Origin: Paraphysomonas bandaiensis
Lineage: Eukaryota > Protista > Chrysophyceae
Assembly (NCBI GenBank): GCA_965644295.1
Contig: CBFFRP010000324.1
Location: forward strand, 248,001-312,000
Direction: 5' to 3'
DNA length: 64,000 bases
The position numbers were made by a program, and so were the translations under genes. A model generated the notes under the pieces. It was not told where the DNA came from, ran no database searches, and saw only the letters and a list, made by a program, of their open reading frames with translations. Below, one piece after another: positions 63,160 through 64,000 of the stretch; the stretch's first letter is position 1, and each line of letters starts with the position of its first letter.

Positions 63160-64000
63160 AGTTATACAGCTGCTACGTGTGTTCTTTCGTGTAGCTGACA
63201 CCTGTGTTCTCTCGTTGCGCTAATTGAATGCTAGGCTCATGTTGCATCGAGAGATTGTAGTGTATGACGTGTGTAGGCGTTGTGTGATGGCTATATGTTA
63301 TACAGTTATACAGCTGCTATGTGTGTTCTCTCGTGTAGCAGTACATTGTTATGCTACACTTGTGTTCTCTCGTTGTGCTAATGAATGCTAGGCTCATGTT
63401 GTATCGAGAGATAGCAGTGTATGACTTGTGTAGGCGTTGTGTGATGGCTATATGTTATATAGTTATACAGCTGCTGTGTGTGTTCTCTCGTGTACAGTAG
63501 CTGAGTGAATATACGTGTAGCAGTACATTGTTATGCTACACTTGTGTTCTCTCGTTGTGCTAATGAATGCTAGGCTCATGTTGTATCGAGAGATAGCAGT
63601 GTATGACTTGTGTAGGCGTTGTGTGATGGCTATATGTTATACAGTTATACATCTGCTATGTGTGTTCTCTCGTGTACAGTAGCTTTGTGAATATACGTGT
63701 AGCAGTACATTGTTATGCTACACTTGTGTTCTCTCGTTGTGCTAATGAATGCTAGGCTCATGTTGTATCGAGAGATAGCAGTGTATGACTTGTGTAGGCG
63801 TTGTGTGATGGCTATATGTTATACAGTTATACAGCTGCTATGTGTGTTCTCTCGTGTACAGTAGCTGAGTGAATATACGTGTAGCAGTACATTGTTATGC
63901 TACACTTGTGTTCTCTCGTTGTGCTAATGAATGCTAGGCTCATGTTGTATCGAGAGATAGCAGTGTATGACTTGTGTAGGCGTTGTGTGATGGCTATATG
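63160..64000. repeat. 182-bp tandem satellite running off the right edge
   Basis: GTACATTGTTATGCTACAC occurs at 63341, 63523, 63705 and 63887 (period 182). A shorter, diverged monomer lies at the left border. Confidence 0.97.

Noticed and set aside
1-64000. tRNA, rRNA or CRISPR loci; prokaryotic operons or defence systems
   Set aside because: None recognised. Spliceosomal introns and eukaryote-specific genes occur throughout.

Overview
Gene-dense eukaryotic genomic DNA with short (mostly about 45-60 nt) GT-AG introns. It is most compatible with a protist, probably a stramenopile such as a chrysophyte; this is an inference and not provable from the window. About 20 protein-coding genes are recognisable, many in head-to-head pairs: an IP3-receptor-like channel (runs off the left edge), SPRING1-like, CCT7, a double-PH/EF-hand protein, MBF1, a CCCH-DEDDh exonuclease, mitochondrial uS9, a MORN protein, PIG-M, a broken bacterial-type bicupin, a glutathionyl-hydroquinone reductase, DENND4-like, a TPK-type K+ channel, an SDMT-like methyltransferase, NPRL3, a secreted esterase, FAXC/metaxin-like GST and a bacterial-type S24/S26 peptidase. 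Mobile and repetitive DNA includes a decayed Ty1/copia element, a PIF/Harbinger transposon with intact TIRs and TAA TSD, five copies of a roughly 490-bp solo-LTR-like family, several local tandem duplications and a 182-bp satellite at the right edge. The standout observation is missed by the ORF track because exon 4 has no stop inside the window. The IP3R-like protein carries a complete, highly charged voltage-sensor domain (S1-S4, no pore) inserted in frame into its cytosolic ARM region between RIH1 and RIH2, and most canonical IP3-contacting residues appear to be lost. This is a candidate single-polypeptide voltage-gated Ca2+-release channel. All assignments are by eye from motifs; no database searches were run.
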